Below are positions 10,306 through 21,187 of a DNA stretch of 64,000 nt, in pieces. Position 1 is the first letter of the stretch. Every line of letters starts with the position of its first letter. The notes beneath the pieces were generated by a model. It worked only from the letters and a program-made list of their open reading frames with translations, ran no database searches and was not told the origin of the DNA. The stretch spans positions 1-64,000 of the IMG/VR virus record IMGVR_UViG_2974704529_000001. One strand, given 5' to 3'. This DNA comes from a virus (taxonomy: Duplodnaviria > Caudoviricetes). Made by a program: the position numbers and the translations under genes.

Positions 10306-10829
10306 TCTACGCTGCGGACATTGTTGAGCGGTATTGGCGTGCGATCTGTTGGGATTTCCAAACGATTCTGCACGTCAATGCCCTTGACTACTTCGCAGCG
10401 CCGTGCCGGTGCGGCCAGTGCCGCGAGAGGTACGGGGATGACGTAAACGCTCGTTATGCGTCACGACGGAACTGGGATCAGTTCATCATGTTCTACGAAA
10501 CGTTGCTCCAAATCCGTGGCTCTTACACGCAGGCGATGTACCTGCAAGACCCTGACGTGATCGAGATTCAGGCTAACGCTAAGGATGAGGACTGGAAGGC
10601 CGCTAAGCCTCCGCTGTTCGGGTGGACGGCTGAGCTTGACGCTCTGTTCTATATCGCTGATCAGGTCCAGGCGGGTCGGGTGCAAAAGGCGGACGACTTT
10701 AAGCCGTATCCACGTCCCGAACTTCCGGCTGAGAAGGTGCGGAAGCGCCGTAAGGAGACGAAGGTTAACGCTGGTCTTGAGGCAGCTATGGCTCGTGGTA
10801 TCGAGTCGGCTAAGTGGAACTATCTGTAG
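10296..10829 (+). CDS. tail assembly chaperone -1 frameshift extension (GT-like)
   Basis: GGGAAAG at 10296-10302; the -1 frame (GGG AAA GTA ATC TAC...) is open and in frame with ATG 10488 through 10829. Confidence 0.85.
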   Translation, partial: GKVIYAADIVERYWRAICWDFQTILHVNALDYFAAPCRCGQCRERYGDDVNARYASRRNWDQFIMFYETLLQIRGSYTQAMYLQDPDVIEIQANAKDEDWKAAKPPLFGWTAELDALFYIADQVQAGRVQKADDFKPYPRPELPAEKVRKRRKETKVNAGLEAAMARGIESAKWNYL

Positions 10830-10870
10830 TTCCGAATACAACTGAATAACAACTTAATAGAGGGGGCACT

Positions 10871-13800
10871 GTGGCTGAATATATTGCCGCCCAAGCGGGG
10901 GTACTTATGGTGCCCACGCTTGGGAAGGGTGCCAATAGCTTTCACCAGAAGCTAAGGACACAACTACAGACGGTGCGCGAGTCTGTCGAGGTCAAGGTTG
11001 AGGCCAAGACGGCTGAAATGCTGACCGAGATTGAGGCCGCTAAGAGGGCGGCTGAGCGTGACCCGATCCGGCTTCGGATTGAGGAACAGCAGGTCACTCA
11101 CCAGATCACGTCGATTAAGCGCAAGGTCAACGACCTTAAGGACCAGACGCGGCGCGGTTTGACCCTGAATATCGCTGTGGCTGGTATGGCGCAGCTCACG
11201 CAGCTCAGCTTGCTATTGGGGTCGCTGAACACGTCAATCGTGCAGTTGTCCCAGTCGTCATTGGTGCTGCCGGGGATTATGGGCGGCTTGGCGTCGTCCA
11301 TTGGGACGGTGCTGGTTGGCTCTCGCGGCCTGGCCGACGCGTTTAAGGCGCAGTCGCAGGCGCAGCAGAGCGCCGTTGAGTCGGCCAGGCAGCAGCGTGA
11401 CGCTAACCGCGCGGTGCGGGATTCGACGCGCGAGCTGAACAACGCGATCCGTGATGCGCGCCGGAACCTTGAGGATTTGAACGCGCAGCTCCGTGACGCG
11501 CCGCTTGATGAAGCCGAAGCGATGATGAACCTGCAAGAGGCCATCGCGGAGGCTAGCGATAAGGCTGGCAAGTCGGCTTGGCAGATGCAGAAGGACCAGC
11601 TAGCGCAGGTGCGCGCTGAGTCCCAGCTTACGGAGACGCGGCGACGGAACCTCCGACTACAGGAGGACGTGCAGGAGGCTAACTCCAAGGGCATTCAGGG
11701 CAGCGATTCGGTGGTGGCGGCGCAGGAGCGTTTGGCTCAGGCGCTTGAGACGGCGGCGGATGGCGCTACGGCGGTTAAGAAGCTCGCGGACGCGATGGGT
11801 GAGCTGTCGCCGAATGCTCAGGACTTCGTTACTCGGGTCCGGTCACTCAGTGGTGCGTGGATGGACTTGCGTACGGCTGTGCAGGATCGGCTGTTCGCCG
11901 ATCTGGGGACTGATATTCAGGACTTGGCGGGTACGGGCCTACCTCTGCTTGAACGTGGCTTGACAGGCATTGCAGGGGCCATTAACGGCAACCTGCGGGC
12001 GGTTATCACCCAGTTGGGTGACGGTCAGAACCAGGGTTTCCTTGAGCGCCTGTTCGGTAACACCGAGGACGCGCAGAACCTTTTGACTCGCGCTATTGAT
12101 CCGTTGGTCGGCGGGGTGCTTCGCCTAACGGCGGCTAGTTCAGATTCGCTACCTCGTCTGTCGGATGCGTTCGGCGACGTGATGACGCGGTTTGAGAACT
12201 TCGTGACTGCGGCTGACGACGACGGTCGACTTGATAAGTGGATCGACTCGGGCCTTAAGGCACTTACTGATCTAGGTAACACTCTGCTGAATATCGGTTC
12301 GATCATGAACTCTGTCAGCGAGGCGTTCACTGGTACAGGTGGCCGTGGCCTACTTGATCTTCTTAGCGATGGCACTAAGCGTCTGGCCGATTTCCTTAAG
12401 AGCGCCGAGGGGCAGCAGAAGCTTAAGGACATCTTCTACGAGGCTCGTGCTGAGTTCCAGAAGTGGCGTCCGACGTTGGAGCAGATTCCCGGCATTCTTA
12501 AGAATGTGCAGGAGGCCGCTCAGCGGTGGGCCGACATGCTGTTGCCATTCCTTAACACGGCGGCGACTCTGCTTAAGAATCACCCGATTCTCATTCAGAC
12601 GATCCTGTACGCGTGGTTGGGGTGGCGGACTATCCAGCCGATCCTTACGGGAATCAAGACGGGCATGGATGGCCTTAAGAAGGCTATTGACCTGGTGTCT
12701 AACGCTTTCGGCGATGGCAGTTCGGGTGCTAACGGGAAGGCTTCGCGGTTCAGCAGCCTAATGGCGGTGGGTGGTCCTATCGCTACGGGTGTGGGCGCGG
12801 TGGCTTCGCTACTGCTGTACCAGTATGTGAATGCTCAGCAGGAGGCCGCTGAGTCGACTGCTTACCACGCGGATATGGTCGCGCGGTTGCGGAGCGAAAT
12901 GGACGCGCTGTCTGGGTCGCTGACGCAGCAGGGCTTGACTGAGAAGCTGGGCCGGGCTGGCGGTTTCGTTGATCCTAACGAGTCGGACGCTAAGCCACGT
13001 GACCTGCCGGGGCTGGCTCAGAGCGAGTTCAACATTAGCCGGGAGCAGTTCGGGCAGGCGTTGACGCCGACGAATCAGGCTGCGCGTGATCAGGTCGTTA
13101 ACACGGCTCGTGAGTCGATCCTTGGCGAGCTGAACTCTAAGCCTCTGGCTGAGTTTGTCGGTGAGGACGACGCGAATTTCCTTGATCTGCTGAATAAGCA
13201 GCGGAAGCCGGAATCTCGAATCACTAATGATGTCCTGGCGCGGGCGCTTACTGGCGATGCGCAGGCTCGGGAGCTGTTTGAGGGGTCTGGCGCTTCGTTC
13301 TCGCTTAGCGATCTGCTGTATGGCTACAACAATCCGTTGTCGTGGCTGCCGGGTTCGCGTAACGATGACACGCCGGGCCTGTCTCAGCGCGCTCGGGCGG
13401 GCGCGAATATCAGTCGGTTCGTTATGGACGACACTAACCATGCGTTGCAGGTTGGATCGGAACTTCGGGCGAACAATGAGGCTGTTACCGGTCGGGCTGA
13501 GTTTAGGCCGGGCACGCCTAACCCGTTCGCGGGTCTGGGTAGCCCTAGCCCGTATTTCGAGCCTGGTGGGCAGGGCGCGGCTGGTGTTCGCGTCGATATG
13601 CCGCTTAGCGAGATTAAGAAGAACCATCCTGACCTGGTTGAGAACATTCGCAAGAATGGTGGCCGGTTCGAGGAGCTGGCTGACGGCACGGTGATTCATC
13701 TTGACGCTGACCGGGCGGGGTTGTACTTGCAGCCTGCGCCTACGGCGGCTACGGGCGGTTTGTTCAGTGGGCCGGGAACGGGTCGTAGCGATTCGATTCT

Positions 13801-15982
13801 GGCGCGGGTGTCTAACGGTGAGTTCATTACTCGCGCGGATGCTGTGGCTAAGTACGGTCAGGACTTCTTTCACGCGCTTAACCAGGGCGAGATTGATCCG
13901 TCCATGCTGCCTGGTTTCGACGGTGGTGGTCTGGTTGATCTGATCCTGCCGGGTGCCGGTGCGGGTGCTCCTGCGGGAGGTAACCGCTTCGACGCGGCTC
14001 CGTTGCCGATCAGTGGGTTTGGACCTAAGCCGCTGGCTCCGGTTCCGCCTGCGCCGCCTGGTGCATTCGATGCGCCGACTCCACTGGATATGTTGCCTAA
14101 GCCGGTAATTCCGTTGCCTGACGTGACGAATCCTGGTCTCTACGACCCGACGAGCGGCAAGTACGGTGCTGCGCCAGCGTCAGCGGTTCAGAAGCCACTT
14201 AAGCCGGGTGTCGATGGGGACAAGGGCGAGACGAGTGGGCCTAACGTGCCGCCAACCGATCCGCGTTCGCCTGGTTACGGCCAGCCGAATCACGGTTTGG
14301 GTGGTTCGCCGGGGCCGGGGAATGGCATCCCGCATTTGACGGGTGCTACGCCGGGGCCGGGCACGCCGACTGTGGCGGGTCTGGCTGTGCCGGGGCTTAC
14401 GCCTCAGGCGGGCGATCCTATGGGGCTGTCTGGCCTGCCGGATGAGTTGCAGCCGGTCAGCATTTTGGAGCAGATCGGGGAGATTCTACTTAGCGCGGTA
14501 TTGGGATTCTTTGGGATTGATCCAACGTATTTCAATATTGGCAAGCGAATCTTTACGGGCCTGACTGGTCAGGATAAGGATAAGAAGAATAAGCCTCGGG
14601 AGGCTGACCCTCAGGTTCAGCAGATTATCGACGGCTATCCGACTGACCTAGGAACGCAGTATCCGTTTGTTGGTGCGCTGAATGGTACGGGATCTTCGGC
14701 TTCGCAGCGTGCGGCGAATATGGCTGACCTTATGGCGGGTAAGCCTTACGTGTGGGGCGGTGCGGGCCTTGATGGCACGGACTGCTCGGGTCTGGTTATG
14801 TATGTGGCAGACGCGCTTAACGGTAAGCCTTTCGCAGGCCGTACGGGTGGTACCGGCGGGTTCGCGCAGGCCATTCCGGCTAAGGGTGGCGTGATCATTA
14901 GTGATCCGTCGCAAGCGCCGCCGAATAGTTACCGGATTGGCTGGAATGCTTCGCATACGGCGGCAACGCTGCCTGATGGCCGGAACATTGAGTCAAGCAC
15001 GTTTGGTAAGCCGATTGCGGTTGGGTCGGGGGCTTCGGGTTATAACGATCCGCAGTTCACGAACTGGGCGTACTTCCCGCTGCCTAGCTATGCCAGTGGA
15101 GGGTTCCTGAGTGGTGCCGGTACGGGCCGTTCAGATTCGATGCTGGCGCGTGTTAGTAACGGTGAGTTCATCACGCGTGCGGATTCGGTCGCTAAGTACG
15201 GTCGCGGCTTCATGGAGGCGATCAACTCGGGCCATATTGATCCGTCTGCGTTGCCAGGCTTTGCGCCTGGTGGTATGCCGTTGCCTCCGGTGACTCCGTT
15301 GCCTAATCCTCAGCCAGCTCCACCGCCGCCAGTTGCGACGGCTGCGCCTCCTGGTGCGCCTAGCGATCCGGCTGCGGCTCCACCGCCTGAGCAGCCTGTC
15401 GTCCCTACGGAGACGGCAGAGCAGGCGCTTGGTGGGCTTGGTAACGCGCTGGCTGGTACTGGTGCCGGGCCGAGCGGGCAGATGCCGGGTGCGGCTGCGC
15501 CGGAAGGTGCAACGCCGGGTGTTGATCCTCGCTCTGTCGCGGGCCGTGCGCCGACGAACCTTGACCACAACAACCCTGCCTTGAGCAAGGGTATTCAGTC
15601 TGGGTTTGCGCATGTGGGCAGCTTGGTTGCTACGGCGGCGTCTATGGGCGCTGGCGCTGCGGGGGCTGCGGCTCCTGGCGCTGGCGCTGCGGGTGGCGCT
15701 GCGGGGGCTGGCATTCAGGCGGGCGCGCAGATTGCGGGGCAGGTCGCTAGCGGCGCTGTCAACATTCTGTCGAGCTTGCTGGTGGGCACGCTGTCTGGTG
15801 GTTCGTCACCTAACGCGTATGGCGCTCCGGTGCTGCCTCAGCAGCCGCAGGGTAGCGGTATGGGTGGACCGGCTGTGGTTAACAACTACGGCGATATCCA
15901 CACGGCTTCTTATGACCAGTTCTATCAGGGTCAGCAGAGGCGTGAAGCTCAGACGCAGGCACCATTCCTGCCGATGAAGTAA
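10871..15982 (+). CDS. tape measure protein with NlpC/P60 peptidase domain
   Basis: 1703 aa, helical Ala/Leu-rich, follows chaperones; PYVWGG...DCSG...SHTA catalytic Cys/His motif near the C-terminus. Confidence 0.95.
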   Translation: MAEYIAAQAGVLMVPTLGKGANSFHQKLRTQLQTVRESVEVKVEAKTAEMLTEIEAAKRAAERDPIRLRIEEQQVTHQITSIKRKVNDLKDQTRRGLTLNIAVAGMAQLTQLSLLLGSLNTSIVQLSQSSLVLPGIMGGLASSIGTVLVGSRGLADAFKAQSQAQQSAVESARQQRDANRAVRDSTRELNNAIRDARRNLEDLNAQLRDAPLDEAEAMMNLQEAIAEASDKAGKSAWQMQKDQLAQVRAESQLTETRRRNLRLQEDVQEANSKGIQGSDSVVAAQERLAQALETAADGATAVKKLADAMGELSPNAQDFVTRVRSLSGAWMDLRTAVQDRLFADLGTDIQDLAGTGLPLLERGLTGIAGAINGNLRAVITQLGDGQNQGFLERLFGNTEDAQNLLTRAIDPLVGGVLRLTAASSDSLPRLSDAFGDVMTRFENFVTAADDDGRLDKWIDSGLKALTDLGNTLLNIGSIMNSVSEAFTGTGGRGLLDLLSDGTKRLADFLKSAEGQQKLKDIFYEARAEFQKWRPTLEQIPGILKNVQEAAQRWADMLLPFLNTAATLLKNHPILIQTILYAWLGWRTIQPILTGIKTGMDGLKKAIDLVSNAFGDGSSGANGKASRFSSLMAVGGPIATGVGAVASLLLYQYVNAQQEAAESTAYHADMVARLRSEMDALSGSLTQQGLTEKLGRAGGFVDPNESDAKPRDLPGLAQSEFNISREQFGQALTPTNQAARDQVVNTARESILGELNSKPLAEFVGEDDANFLDLLNKQRKPESRITNDVLARALTGDAQARELFEGSGASFSLSDLLYGYNNPLSWLPGSRNDDTPGLSQRARAGANISRFVMDDTNHALQVGSELRANNEAVTGRAEFRPGTPNPFAGLGSPSPYFEPGGQGAAGVRVDMPLSEIKKNHPDLVENIRKNGGRFEELADGTVIHLDADRAGLYLQPAPTAATGGLFSGPGTGRSDSILARVSNGEFITRADAVAKYGQDFFHALNQGEIDPSMLPGFDGGGLVDLILPGAGAGAPAGGNRFDAAPLPISGFGPKPLAPVPPAPPGAFDAPTPLDMLPKPVIPLPDVTNPGLYDPTSGKYGAAPASAVQKPLKPGVDGDKGETSGPNVPPTDPRSPGYGQPNHGLGGSPGPGNGIPHLTGATPGPGTPTVAGLAVPGLTPQAGDPMGLSGLPDELQPVSILEQIGEILLSAVLGFFGIDPTYFNIGKRIFTGLTGQDKDKKNKPREADPQVQQIIDGYPTDLGTQYPFVGALNGTGSSASQRAANMADLMAGKPYVWGGAGLDGTDCSGLVMYVADALNGKPFAGRTGGTGGFAQAIPAKGGVIISDPSQAPPNSYRIGWNASHTAATLPDGRNIESSTFGKPIAVGSGASGYNDPQFTNWAYFPLPSYASGGFLSGAGTGRSDSMLARVSNGEFITRADSVAKYGRGFMEAINSGHIDPSALPGFAPGGMPLPPVTPLPNPQPAPPPPVATAAPPGAPSDPAAAPPPEQPVVPTETAEQALGGLGNALAGTGAGPSGQMPGAAAPEGATPGVDPRSVAGRAPTNLDHNNPALSKGIQSGFAHVGSLVATAASMGAGAAGAAAPGAGAAGGAAGAGIQAGAQIAGQVASGAVNILSSLLVGTLSGGSSPNAYGAPVLPQQPQGSGMGGPAVVNNYGDIHTASYDQFYQGQQRREAQTQAPFLPMK

Positions 15983-16001
15983 AACACTCTAAGGACGGGT
16001 T

Positions 16002-16050
16002 AGCCCCGCTCGAATGTCGGTACTAATCCGGTGGCCGGGCGGGGCTTTCT
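16002..16050 (+). terminator. hairpin / putative terminator after tape measure
   Basis: AGCCCCGCTCG...CGGGCGGGGCT stem followed by TTCT. Confidence 0.5.
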
Positions 16051-16071
16051 CGTTAGAAAGACAACTGAATA

Positions 16072-16986
16072 GTGAGCGATTACGTCAAGATTACTTTGAC
16101 GGGTCGGGATGGTTCTACCTGGTGCTTGTCTGGCGCTGGCGCGGGTCGAGAGGGCGTAACCCTTTCCCCGAATGTCCAGAATCTTATTGATGCGCCGGTT
16201 AAGACTTTGTGGACGCCCGGCCCCTTCGGAGAGCAGTACGCCGGTAAGCGTGTGCGTCGGCGCGAGGTCATTTTCTCTGTCCAGGTTGGACATGAGGGAT
16301 GGGACCCCGATACGTGGGCCACGGTTGATTCGCGTTGGCGGTGGGCCTGGGATTACGACCAGGAATGCACGCTAACTGTCGAAACTAGCGACGGTATCCG
16401 GAACCTTAAGCTCCGGCTGCTAGAGGAACCTAAGGCTTACGGGACGAAAGACCCGTTCCTTACTGGCGACTGCGAAGTGATGATGACGACGGTCGCTGAG
16501 TTTCCGTATTGGGTTAGTGAGCCGGACGTTTTCATTTGGAAAACGCCGAACCTTGCGGACCGCACGACGGTGTTTGTCGCCAATAACGGCGATGTGCCGG
16601 TGTGGCTGCGGTGGACGTTCACTGCGCCTGGTACGTGGACGATTCCTGATTTTTCGTGGGAAAACGACATGTTTGCGCGCGGTGAAATGGACCGGGGCCG
16701 AACGCTTGTGCTGCCTGAGCTTAAGCAGGGCGAGCACCTTACGGTCGATTCAGACCCGCGTGTGCAGACGATTGTGGCCGCTAATGATTCGCCTGTTCAG
16801 CACAGGTGGAAGGGCAATGACCTGCTGTACCCGCTGATGCCGGGTAAGAGCGGGGAGATTCCGGTCGGGTTCAGGGCTAAGCCTACTGAGCCGGGGTCTG
16901 AGAACGGTGGCGCTTTCAAGCTGACTGTTCCTAAGTGGTATTCGCGTCCGTGGTCGCGTCCGCATGTGATTCGGACGGTGTACTAA
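16072..16986 (+). CDS. minor tail protein (distal tail, Dit-like)
   Basis: First gene after tape measure; W.......WRWAWDYDQECTL motif of mycobacteriophage Dit-like proteins. Confidence 0.8.
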   Translation: MSDYVKITLTGRDGSTWCLSGAGAGREGVTLSPNVQNLIDAPVKTLWTPGPFGEQYAGKRVRRREVIFSVQVGHEGWDPDTWATVDSRWRWAWDYDQECTLTVETSDGIRNLKLRLLEEPKAYGTKDPFLTGDCEVMMTTVAEFPYWVSEPDVFIWKTPNLADRTTVFVANNGDVPVWLRWTFTAPGTWTIPDFSWENDMFARGEMDRGRTLVLPELKQGEHLTVDSDPRVQTIVAANDSPVQHRWKGNDLLYPLMPGKSGEIPVGFRAKPTEPGSENGGAFKLTVPKWYSRPWSRPHVIRTVY

Positions 16987-18720
16987 ATGTGGCAGGACAG
17001 TGACCTTTGGGAGATTGACAAGTCTTGCGATTACTACCGTGGTCGGCACGAGTCGATGCGGAAGGCGCACCCGCTAATCCGGATTTGGATTAACGATCCA
17101 GAGAATAGTCATGGCGCTGTCTGTGTCGGGCGGATCGACTTTACGGACACCATTAAGGGTTCATTTCCTTTTAAGAACAACACGGCCACTCAAGGCGTGT
17201 TGCAGATTCGAGACGATCATTACATTGCGGTGTTCCTTAAGCGGTTGCCGCAGGATCAGCGCTATCAGAAGAACGTAATGATCACGGTCGACTTTTACGG
17301 CGGCGCTAAGCGTTGGTCGGGGTTGCTGGATAAGTGGAACATTAAGACCACTGAGGATGGCGCAAAGTATTTCGAGATGACGTTTCAGGACGACCTCACT
17401 TACTTGCAGTACCTTTTGGCACCGCCTAATCCGTTCCTGCCGATTCCGATTTTCCAATTCCCGCGCATGTTCATGCTGGCTGGCCCTAGCAAGTGGGCTA
17501 TTTCGATGCTCATTCTGCTTAACCTGCTAAGGGTTGAGGGCAACCTTTGGGAGCTACCGGACGACCCGTTTGACCCTGAGGAGTGGGACCAGATTCTTGA
17601 TTGGTCCGACTGGCAGGTTCACATTAAGGGTTCGCCGTGGCTAATTGACGACTCGTCTATGTGGACGTTCCTGTCCGCGCGTATGAACCCGGTGGACGCG
17701 GTTATCGCTGATGCACTGGATGACTGCCAGCTCACGATGACGTACCGGCGAGTTCTGACCGATGACGGCGAGGTCGCGGACGGCCTGATGGGCATTGCGG
17801 ACGGCACGCGCGTTAAGAACGGTGCGCTCGTTTTCGAGGTTGTCGATAACTCTAACGCGCACGCTTTCGACGGCACGTTCCTATCGGGGACGGTCATTGA
17901 CGGTTTCGCGCGGTCGCTAATCACGTACGGCGGCGGGTTTGTTGAGGATGTGTTTAACCAGGTCGGGGAGGACTCGACGCTGCATCCGGACGAGTATTAC
18001 CAGTCTGGGTGGTTGGGCACTATCGCTAAGCAGCCGTGGCTAGTTATTCGTGATAGCGAGTGGACGCCGATTACGTCGTCTGATATGTCGTGGGGTCCGT
18101 CTAAGAACGTTTCCGTTGTTGTGGGTGGTGATAACCCGGCGGCGGACGCCATTGCAAAGCTGATCATTGAGACGACTGGCGCGCTCATTGGGTACTTCCT
18201 ACTAGCTGGATTCTCCGGCTTGGGGAGTATCGCGGCGGACGTGATTATGCCGTTCCTTGTGGGGACCATCGCGGCCTGGCTGCAATGGAAGAACACTGGG
18301 CGAGCTAACGCGCTTGGCTGGATGCACTACTGGGAGCTGTACCAGGCCGGTGCCGAGAATAACTCTTGGTCCCTGGCTGCGCTTAGCGCGCTGCGTGGTG
18401 GGTTCCTGGTGGGCAAGTCGGAGACGACTCATCTAGTGGCGTTGCATGATTCGTGGGCCATTCCTGGTTTGCATTTCGATGTGGGTCACCGGATTGGTAC
18501 GACGGTGGATTCGCCGGGCGTGCAGGACATCGTTTGGGTTAACCAGGTCGAGGAAATGGTTGCGGAGTGGGATAACTCCGGCGACGGTCAGCCGTATGCG
18601 TGGGTCATTAAGGCCGGTAAGTCGCAGCGGAACATGAGCATTGGCGAGCGGTTGGCGCGGCTTTCAAAGAAGTTCCTAGATGCAATTAACAACGTTGGCG
18701 TTCACCTTGTTCAGGGTTAA
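16987..18720 (+). CDS. minor tail protein (baseplate hub, Tal-like)
   Basis: 577 aa; LQYLLAPPNPFLP...QFPR motif; synteny. Confidence 0.85.
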   Translation: MWQDSDLWEIDKSCDYYRGRHESMRKAHPLIRIWINDPENSHGAVCVGRIDFTDTIKGSFPFKNNTATQGVLQIRDDHYIAVFLKRLPQDQRYQKNVMITVDFYGGAKRWSGLLDKWNIKTTEDGAKYFEMTFQDDLTYLQYLLAPPNPFLPIPIFQFPRMFMLAGPSKWAISMLILLNLLRVEGNLWELPDDPFDPEEWDQILDWSDWQVHIKGSPWLIDDSSMWTFLSARMNPVDAVIADALDDCQLTMTYRRVLTDDGEVADGLMGIADGTRVKNGALVFEVVDNSNAHAFDGTFLSGTVIDGFARSLITYGGGFVEDVFNQVGEDSTLHPDEYYQSGWLGTIAKQPWLVIRDSEWTPITSSDMSWGPSKNVSVVVGGDNPAADAIAKLIIETTGALIGYFLLAGFSGLGSIAADVIMPFLVGTIAAWLQWKNTGRANALGWMHYWELYQAGAENNSWSLAALSALRGGFLVGKSETTHLVALHDSWAIPGLHFDVGHRIGTTVDSPGVQDIVWVNQVEEMVAEWDNSGDGQPYAWVIKAGKSQRNMSIGERLARLSKKFLDAINNVGVHLVQG

Positions 18721-18744
18721 GGCCAGCTTAGGGGGAGATAAGTA

Positions 18745-19242
18745 ATGCTATCGCAGAACGAATGCGACATGGAGAATCCGGAAGAGTTTGCGGCGTGGGC
18801 GTTCGCTGCGGGGGTACCTGACCCTCGCGGCGAACGTTACCCGAATCAGCCTTTGATTCCTGCGAAGTGCTTTAAGGGCTTGTCGCAGATGCTTTGGGAT
18901 TTCGGTTTCCGTTGGCATGAGGATAAGCAGGCTAAGTGGGTTAGTCCTCGCACCGGGCCGACGCGCAACTTTGAGGCGTGGGGCAGTACGGATATCAAGC
19001 CTGAGGACGTTATGAGTGACGTTGCTCAGATGGCGGTTGAGGAGTTCCCGCAGATCGCGGCGAAGGTCGCGGCGGTGACGCCGGAGAAGCACCAGGAAGC
19101 GCTTGAGGAAGCGACTAAGGACTTGCTTAGCAAGATCGAGCGTCTTAATGAGGCGCGGTCGCGTATGGAGAGTCGTTTGGCTGAGCGCGAGGACCGGGAG
19201 GTAACTCCGGAAGCGGAGGCGGTCGATGGCGGGTCTGCCTAG
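18745..19242 (+). CDS. minor tail-associated protein (DUF2744-like)
   Basis: MLSQNECDMENPEEFAAWA and LSQMLWDFGFR resemble the conserved mycobacteriophage DUF2744 family. Confidence 0.6.
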   Translation: MLSQNECDMENPEEFAAWAFAAGVPDPRGERYPNQPLIPAKCFKGLSQMLWDFGFRWHEDKQAKWVSPRTGPTRNFEAWGSTDIKPEDVMSDVAQMAVEEFPQIAAKVAAVTPEKHQEALEEATKDLLSKIERLNEARSRMESRLAEREDREVTPEAEAVDGGSA

Positions 19243-21022
19243 TGGTGGTGCGGGTCTAGACGACCCCAAGTATGTAATTCAGAACACGGTCAAGGCGCTC
19301 GCGCAGCGGACGCAGGCCAATGTTGAGGCTGAGCACCGGGCGGCAATTGAGGACGCGGGCAATCCGCTGTCTCCGGCTATGACGTTTTTCTTTAACACGA
19401 TCATGGGCGGCTTTCAGACGCTAAGCAATTTTCTTGAGCAGATCATTCAGGCCATCACTGGCGCTGCTAATGGCACGCTAGCCACGCTTTCGAGCTTCGT
19501 TACGGGCGTCGTGACCGACGTTGGTAATGCGCTGGGCTGGCTGGCTGATCTGGTGGACGATCTGTGGAACAACGCGGCGTCGGTGATCGGGTCTATCCCG
19601 CAGACGCTTGTGTCGGGCCTACAGAGCGCGCTTAACGGCATTAACAACACGATCCAGGCGGTTATCGAAGGCATCATTGGCGCTATTCGGGGTATCCCGT
19701 TGGTGGGTGCTGGGATTGCTGATCTGGTGTCGATCCTTACGGGTTACCGGGAGGGTGTTGAGACTGATCAGGTTGTTCAGCAGAACCTAACGATTTCGTC
19801 TACGAGTTCGGTGCAGCGGCAGCCCGCTTGGGCGTCGTCTTATCCGATTTCGGCGGTGACGTATCCGGCGATCCTGCATTCGGATTTCACGGTCTATGCG
19901 GAGACGGTGGGGCCTGCTACGGCGGGTACTGCGCACTCGCATGAGATTCGTGGGTCGACTGATGATGCTTACGCTATTGCGCCGTTTTGGGCGTGTGAGC
20001 AGAACGGCAGCTTGGGCGGGTTTGTTACTGCGTCTGAGGATACGGTGTTCTCCAAGTTTGGCCTGGTGATCTTCGCGGACACGACTCCGGTTCCTGCTGG
20101 GACGGTCTATTTCGAGGTCTACCGCGAGCAGCCGGGCGGCAGTTTGGAACGGCTGACGCAGACGGATATCTCGGCGAACATCACCAATACGAGCAAGCTT
20201 CTGGTATTGCAGTGGACGGACTTCCGGATCGTTGCGCGCCGGGGCGAGCGGTACCTACTGCGGATTAAGAACACGTCGAGTCCTAACGTCGTGCCGCGTT
20301 TGCGTGGCCTTGCGTGGGGCACTGGTGTTCCGGAGATTCAGTGGGAGACGACGACCGCTGCCAACACGAACAAGACGACCTACACGGCGGCGGAAGCGGC
20401 TGCGGTTATCTCCACGTCAGGTATTACGCCGTGGCTGATGCTGGCGGCTGAGGAAACCGATATCCCTGAGGCGCGGACGTGGGCAGACGACTTTAACCGC
20501 CCTGAGCTGGGCTACTTGTGGAACCACAGCAAGACGGATAACGGCGATCTGGTCATTGCGGCTAACAAGCTGACGTACGGCGGGACCACTAACGGTTTCC
20601 AGCAGGCTTTGTATATCCATCCGTTGGCTACGGACAAGTTCAAGCTAACGGCTGAGGTTTCAAACCTTGGCGGTACCGGCCAGGTGTATTTCATGTGCGC
20701 TGGTGGCCGCAATAACAATGTGTCGGCGGTGCTGGCTATTGGCACGACTGGTGTGTCTATTCAGACCTTGATCGGCACGACGGTGACGGTGCGAGCGCAG
20801 GTGCTCAGGGTTAATAACGCGGGTCGGTACACGTTTACGTATGACCCGGCGTCTAAGACGTACAACGTTCTGCTTAACGATCAGCCTATCGGGCTGTCAT
20901 GGACCGACAGTGGCAACTTGCTAGATAAGGGTGTCCAGTTCCGGTATTTCCAGATTCAGATTCAGCGCGTTAGTGGCGTTAATGGGGGGCAGGTGGACAA
21001 TTGGGTGATTCAGGACAACTAA
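19226..21022 (+). CDS. minor tail protein
   Basis: 598 aa; helical N-terminus, beta-rich C-terminus (DDFNR motif). Confidence 0.8.
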   Translation: MAGLPSGGAGLDDPKYVIQNTVKALAQRTQANVEAEHRAAIEDAGNPLSPAMTFFFNTIMGGFQTLSNFLEQIIQAITGAANGTLATLSSFVTGVVTDVGNALGWLADLVDDLWNNAASVIGSIPQTLVSGLQSALNGINNTIQAVIEGIIGAIRGIPLVGAGIADLVSILTGYREGVETDQVVQQNLTISSTSSVQRQPAWASSYPISAVTYPAILHSDFTVYAETVGPATAGTAHSHEIRGSTDDAYAIAPFWACEQNGSLGGFVTASEDTVFSKFGLVIFADTTPVPAGTVYFEVYREQPGGSLERLTQTDISANITNTSKLLVLQWTDFRIVARRGERYLLRIKNTSSPNVVPRLRGLAWGTGVPEIQWETTTAANTNKTTYTAAEAAAVISTSGITPWLMLAAEETDIPEARTWADDFNRPELGYLWNHSKTDNGDLVIAANKLTYGGTTNGFQQALYIHPLATDKFKLTAEVSNLGGTGQVYFMCAGGRNNNVSAVLAIGTTGVSIQTLIGTTVTVRAQVLRVNNAGRYTFTYDPASKTYNVLLNDQPIGLSWTDSGNLLDKGVQFRYFQIQIQRVSGVNGGQVDNWVIQDN

Positions 21023-21187
21023 GCAAGATGGGTGTTTACGTGCCAGACAAGGGCACGGAGGCGGTTCCCGATGATGTGCCACAGAAGCCGTCCATTAAGG
21101 AACCGATTCTTTCCGCGAGTGCAGAGGTTCGTCAGCAGATCGCCGAGGCCACCCTTAAGCGCGCTAGGGCCGAGAAAGGGGGGCTAA

